From Selaginella moellendorffii (Eukaryota > Plantae > Lycopodiophyta), in assembly GCF_000143415.4 (NCBI RefSeq), contig NW_003314274.1, positions 1,966,623 through 2,030,622 on the forward strand: 64,000 nucleotides of DNA. Direction: 5' to 3'. The notes beneath the pieces are model-generated. The model searched no databases. It was not told where the DNA came from and saw only the letters and a list, made by a program, of their open reading frames with translations. A program made the position numbers and the translations under genes. The stretch's first letter is position 1, and each line of letters begins with the position of its first letter. Shown here piece after piece: positions 59,767 to 64,000 of this stretch.

Positions 59767-61507
59767 TTAGCGAGGCCCAGCTGGAGCTGCCTGTGGACCA
59801 GATCGACCACCAAACCCCGCCTTTGCAGCTTTAGACTGGAGAAGTAGCTCGTCGTAGTTCTAAAAGCAAACAAAACAAAAACAAGAACACGAGTGAGCAA
59901 GCGATGGGCTCGGGTGAGTTAACTTTGGTTACCTTGGCATCCATCAGAACGTCCGGTTCTTCAATCACTTTGTCGGCCAGACCATACTCGACAGCTTCTT
60001 TGGCCTTGAAGTACTTGGGACGTTGGATATCTTTAGCAATTTCTTCTTCCGGCTTGCCCGTTCCCTTCGCCAACAAGTCAATGTAGTACTTCGTGTTGGA
60101 GTCCAATTCCTTCGCCTGGAAAACAACGAAGAAAAGAGAAAAACAAAACGACTTCAGAAGGTTCTGCATGCATGTCGAGAACAAGCAACAACCTTGATGA
60201 ACATGTCTATGGCCGACCCGCTCGATTGATTAACTTTGGGAGCGTAGAGCTTGGCTGCACAGAGTCAGCGGACGTCGTGTGAGGAATTCCAAACTACAAA
60301 AGTCAAATGGAAGCACTCACTGGAGGAGCTGGGCTGTACTGCACGGAAGCCTTTTTCACCCACTGAGAGAAGCATCGCTGCTTGACCGAATGCCATTCCA
60401 CAGTTTACCGTGTAAACTTTGGACTTCACGTACTGCATGATCAAACATCCAGAAGAATATTAAATACCCTAGGAAAGAAGAAGAAAGCGACATGAGAATC
60501 TCACCGACATAGTATCAGCAATCGCATAAGCTTCTGTTTCGAAACCAACGCTTTCCTTCTTCTCATTCTGGATCCATAGCAAAGTAAACACCAAGGACAA
60601 ACAGGAAAAAAGATAGTTACCTGCGTGCCAGAGCAGTTTATATACAAGTAGATCGGTTTGCTAGGATTATCGAAGTCCAGGAAAAGCATCTCCGCGACTA
60701 TTAGCTCAGTCACAGCTGGTACTATCTGAAGAAAACGAAAAAAGAAAAGAGATGAAGCTTTCACTTGAGAAAACACCACATCACAAAACTCACGGCCATT
60801 CCCAAGTAAACGATTCGGGCATCTAGGAGAAGAGATGGCAAGTCAGGCGGCGCAGATTTTGGTCGCATGAGTCCTCCACCACCACCACCACGGTACATGT
60901 TCACGCTCATGCTTAGCCTCGAAGCTCCACCTTGGAAAGAAGCAGGACTCCATACACCAGAGCCATCTCGATAGTGGGCTTTGGATGTTATTGATTCCTG
61001 GAAAAATCCACGCTTTCCATCAATTCCAGTCGCGAAAGTTATGCAAACAAACCTCTGTGAGTTCTTTGGATTTTTTCGTGAAAGGATTATCGTCGACGAG
61101 GAACATATCCATCTGAGCGGGAGTGAGGCCGTATAAACTTTGAGGAACGTTCTTGAAATTATCCATCACTGCAACAAAGAAAGTCATGAGAACAAAAACT
61201 CAAAGAACGAAGAAATATCACTATGAGAGATACTATGAGAGAAGAATTCAATCCATTCACGCCACTTACGTCCGTCTTGAAGATTATCTTCGTGAAATCG
61301 CTTAGGAATGTGATCCATGGACGCGCTTGCAATCGCCGGAAACCTCGACGAGCTCGCGGCGAGGCGCAATCGCGGCGGCTCGAATCTTCCAACAAACGGA
61401 GACATACCCGATGCGAGCTGCTGATTGTGCTGCCTTTGTGACGTTGCGCTTCCACAAATCCCACACCTGGAGCTCCATGGCGCTGGAACCCTCGTCGCCA
61501 TAGCCAT
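59767..61507 (-). CDS. CLPR1: Plastid Clp protease non-catalytic subunit ClpR1
   Basis: APPDLPSLLLDARIVYLGM, KPIYLYIN, ETEAYAIAD, NCGMAFGQAAMLL and AKELDSNT.YYI.LLAKGTGK. Confidence 0.93.
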
Positions 61508-61609
61508 TCTCGTAGAGGGAGGAAGAACAAATATTAGCTGTTGATGGGAATCGAACCGGGGAGCCAAGTCATTTCAAATTTGCCCTAATCTGGGAAGCTA
61601 AGCTAGGGG

Positions 61610-62839
61610 ATGGCGGCGGCAGTGGCATCATCGCCTTCGCCCTCGCCAGCCGAGAGGCGAGGAATTCCGGCGGCGCCGTTTGTTGAAGATGTCCAGGTGT
61701 TCTTGGAGAAGACGGCCTCCGATGCGTCGAGCGCGCTCGTTTCTCTTCAAGACAGGTAAGAGATCGAGCTACATTCTACTTCTTGGCCCCTCGGCTGGGT
61801 AGGATACTATTGTTGCCGATGGGTTTTGCTATCGATCGAGCACTTTCTTGGTTGGATTTCATTTTTTTGGCTGCATGATCTCAAAGAGCTCGAGTTTTGC
61901 ATGAAACCATTTTGAAAAATAGAAACTTTGGCTCGATCCGTAGCATATTTTGGTTTCATGATCATTTGCGATGGATTTTGCTATCGATCGAGCACTTTCT
62001 TGGTAGTATTTCATTTTTTGGCTGCATGAAAGAGCTCGAGTTTTTGCATGAAACCATTTTGAAAAATAGAAACTTTGGCTCGATCCATAGCATCTTCTGT
62101 TCATGATCATTTGCAATTGAGTCTATGCTAAAACTATTCTTTCTTCCCTTTGGCAGACTTCAGCAATACAAACTCGCGGAAATGAAACTGCTAGCGCAAA
62201 GAAGAGACCTTCAGGTACTTTGTAAGTGTGATCTTTGCACTGCCCGACTGTGGAAGATCGCTGGTTCCTAAAATTGCTGTTTCAGGCTAAAATTCCAGAC
62301 ATAAAGAAATGCCTGGATATCGTCGAGGCACTGTTGAGCAAGAAGAGTTCAGGCGAGGTATAAGATGATAGTATGTTTCCTCCATCGAAAATCTAATTTT
62401 CTTCTACGTTCAGGAACCAATGACGGTGGATTTCGAGCTAGCCGAAGGGATCTACTCGCAAGCGCGTGTAGACGATGGAGACTCCGTTTGTTTGTGGCTG
62501 GGTGCCAATGTGATGCTCGAATACTCATACGACGAGGTAAAGATCTCGTTTTTCATCTTCTTCCCTTTGATCAATCTTCCATTTGTGTTTCTTAGGCACT
62601 GTTGCTCTTAAAGAAGAACCTGGAGAACGCAAACTCCAGCCTTGAGGCAATCATCGAAGATCTCAAGTTCATACGAGACCAAGTTACCGTGACCGAGGTA
62701 TTTCTCTTCCAAAAATCGTTTGTTTCTCCTTAGCTTTGTGAATCTCAAGCTTATCACTGGAACTTAGGTGACAATCGCGAGAGTGTACAATTGGGATGTA
62801 CATAACCGCCGCAAGTCAAAACAAAAGGACGAGCCCTGA
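61610..62839 (+). CDS. PFD3: Prefoldin subunit 3
   Basis: [35 protein letters not shown] and [12 protein letters not shown]. Confidence 0.96.
61818..62114. repeat. About 150-bp tandem duplication inside PFD3 intron 1
   Basis: Two near-identical units start with gatgg.ttttgctatcgatcgagcac at 61818 and 61970. Confidence 0.92.
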
Positions 62840-63112
62840 AGAACACACCGTTAAAATTCTTTGGGATTTGAGATAGTTAAATTCGACGGTTATGCTTTGT
62901 CCACGTGTGGCTGGTGTTCTAAGTTTTTAGGGCTCTTGGAGCGAGCGGATGCCCCACGGCCGGGATGGATGCGCAGATTCGATCTAATCCCCGGTGAAAT
63001 CCCTCGAAATCTCGCCTCTCCAGCGGCAAGAATCTCGATATTTCGGTGAGATTTCTCTTCTTTTCGCGATCATCGTTCTAGAACGCTCTTGATTCCTCTG
63101 GCAGCGGCAAGA

Positions 63113-64000
63113 ATGCATGGCGCGAGCGATAGAGGAAGAGGAGGAGGCGAGGAGGACGAGGACGAGGAAGAGAGCCAGCAGCAGCTTTTGATCCCTGGCT
63201 TGCCGGACGATCTGGCGATGCGATGCCTAGCCCGGGCGGCTCGGCAGGATCACAGCGCCCTGAGGTCCGTGTGCCGGCGATGGTGCCAAATCTTCACCAG
63301 CGAGCAGCTGCCAGCGCTGCGGCGGGGGTTGGGCGTGGTGGAGGGATGGCTCTACGCTCTCAGCAGGGACAAGTCGGAGTGCCTTTCCTGGCACGTCTTG
63401 GATCCCTCCAAGCGCAAGTGGATGGAGCTGCCGCGATTGCCCGAGGATCTGGCAGGGAAATTCGGCCTCACTTGCGCGGTGCTGGGCCGGGAGCTCTTCG
63501 TCATGGGTGGCTGTGATAAGTACGAAGAGCCCACCGCCGAGGTGTGGCGATACGACGCTCTCAAGAACAGATGGTCCGGGGCTCCACGCATGGAAGTCGC
63601 GCGATGCCACTTCGTCAGCGGCTCCTCCAGCGATCGTCTCTACGCGATCGGTGGCATGGGACTAGTTTCGGGAGCTCTCACTTCGTGGGAGATTTTCGAC
63701 AAGGAGAAGAACCACTGGTCGCTCTACAACGATCCAAACATCGTCTCGGACTTGGGCGAGTCGCTGGTGCTGGACGGAAGGATTTACGTGCGGCATGCCA
63801 GCCCGGGGATCATTCCGCCATTCTACGCCGCGGTGTATGATCCACAGGCGAATGCGTGGGACGCTCTCGACAATCAAATGACCCGGCAGTGGTGTGGCCC
63901 GGCTGTGGCAGTCGGGGGCGACGTTTACATGCTCGACCAGACTCTGGGGATCAAGCTCATGGTGCTCAACAGGGCTACTGGGGAATGGAACACGGTTGGC
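63113..64000 (+). CDS. F-box/kelch-repeat protein (SKIP4-like), truncated by the window end
   Basis: LIPGLPDDLAMRCLAR F-box, kelch LFVMGG and LYAIGG, DPNIVSDL...VLDGRIY. Confidence 0.92.
   Translation, partial: MHGASDRGRGGGEEDEDEEESQQQLLIPGLPDDLAMRCLARAARQDHSALRSVCRRWCQIFTSEQLPALRRGLGVVEGWLYALSRDKSECLSWHVLDPSKRKWMELPRLPEDLAGKFGLTCAVLGRELFVMGGCDKYEEPTAEVWRYDALKNRWSGAPRMEVARCHFVSGSSSDRLYAIGGMGLVSGALTSWEIFDKEKNHWSLYNDPNIVSDLGESLVLDGRIYVRHASPGIIPPFYAAVYDPQANAWDALDNQMTRQWCGPAVAVGGDVYMLDQTLGIKLMVLNRATGEWNTVG

Overview
Eukaryotic, gene-dense land-plant nuclear DNA. The very short (about 50-60 nt) GT-AG introns, PLS/DYW PPR gene, single-domain DUF26 protein and about 100-bp divergent promoters point to a compact lycophyte genome such as Selaginella (inference, not searched). 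About 24 protein-coding genes are recognisable: an orphan gene, cytochrome c, CWC21, a cyclophilin, an ELO elongase, DEAD-box RH16/DBP9, a Gnk2/DUF26 protein, DUF688, a CCCH/G-patch protein, SNU114, ABHD11-like, cytosolic LeuRS, TKPR1-like, TolB/PD40, a DYW-type PPR, PMS1, a conserved plastid protein, ARMC6, F-box/MYND, ClpR1, prefoldin 3 and an F-box/kelch protein. Between them are decayed local duplicates, two tRNA pseudogenes, a MULE-related transposase relic and a copia RT relic. The most striking candidate is an apparently intact, spliced, unannotated gene at about 21.9-23.5 kb. Its product carries a restriction-endonuclease-fold signature (D...ExK...QxxxY), and it lies with a copia relic between two direct copies of the G-patch gene, one of them decayed. 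All family assignments come from motif recognition by eye; no database searches were run.
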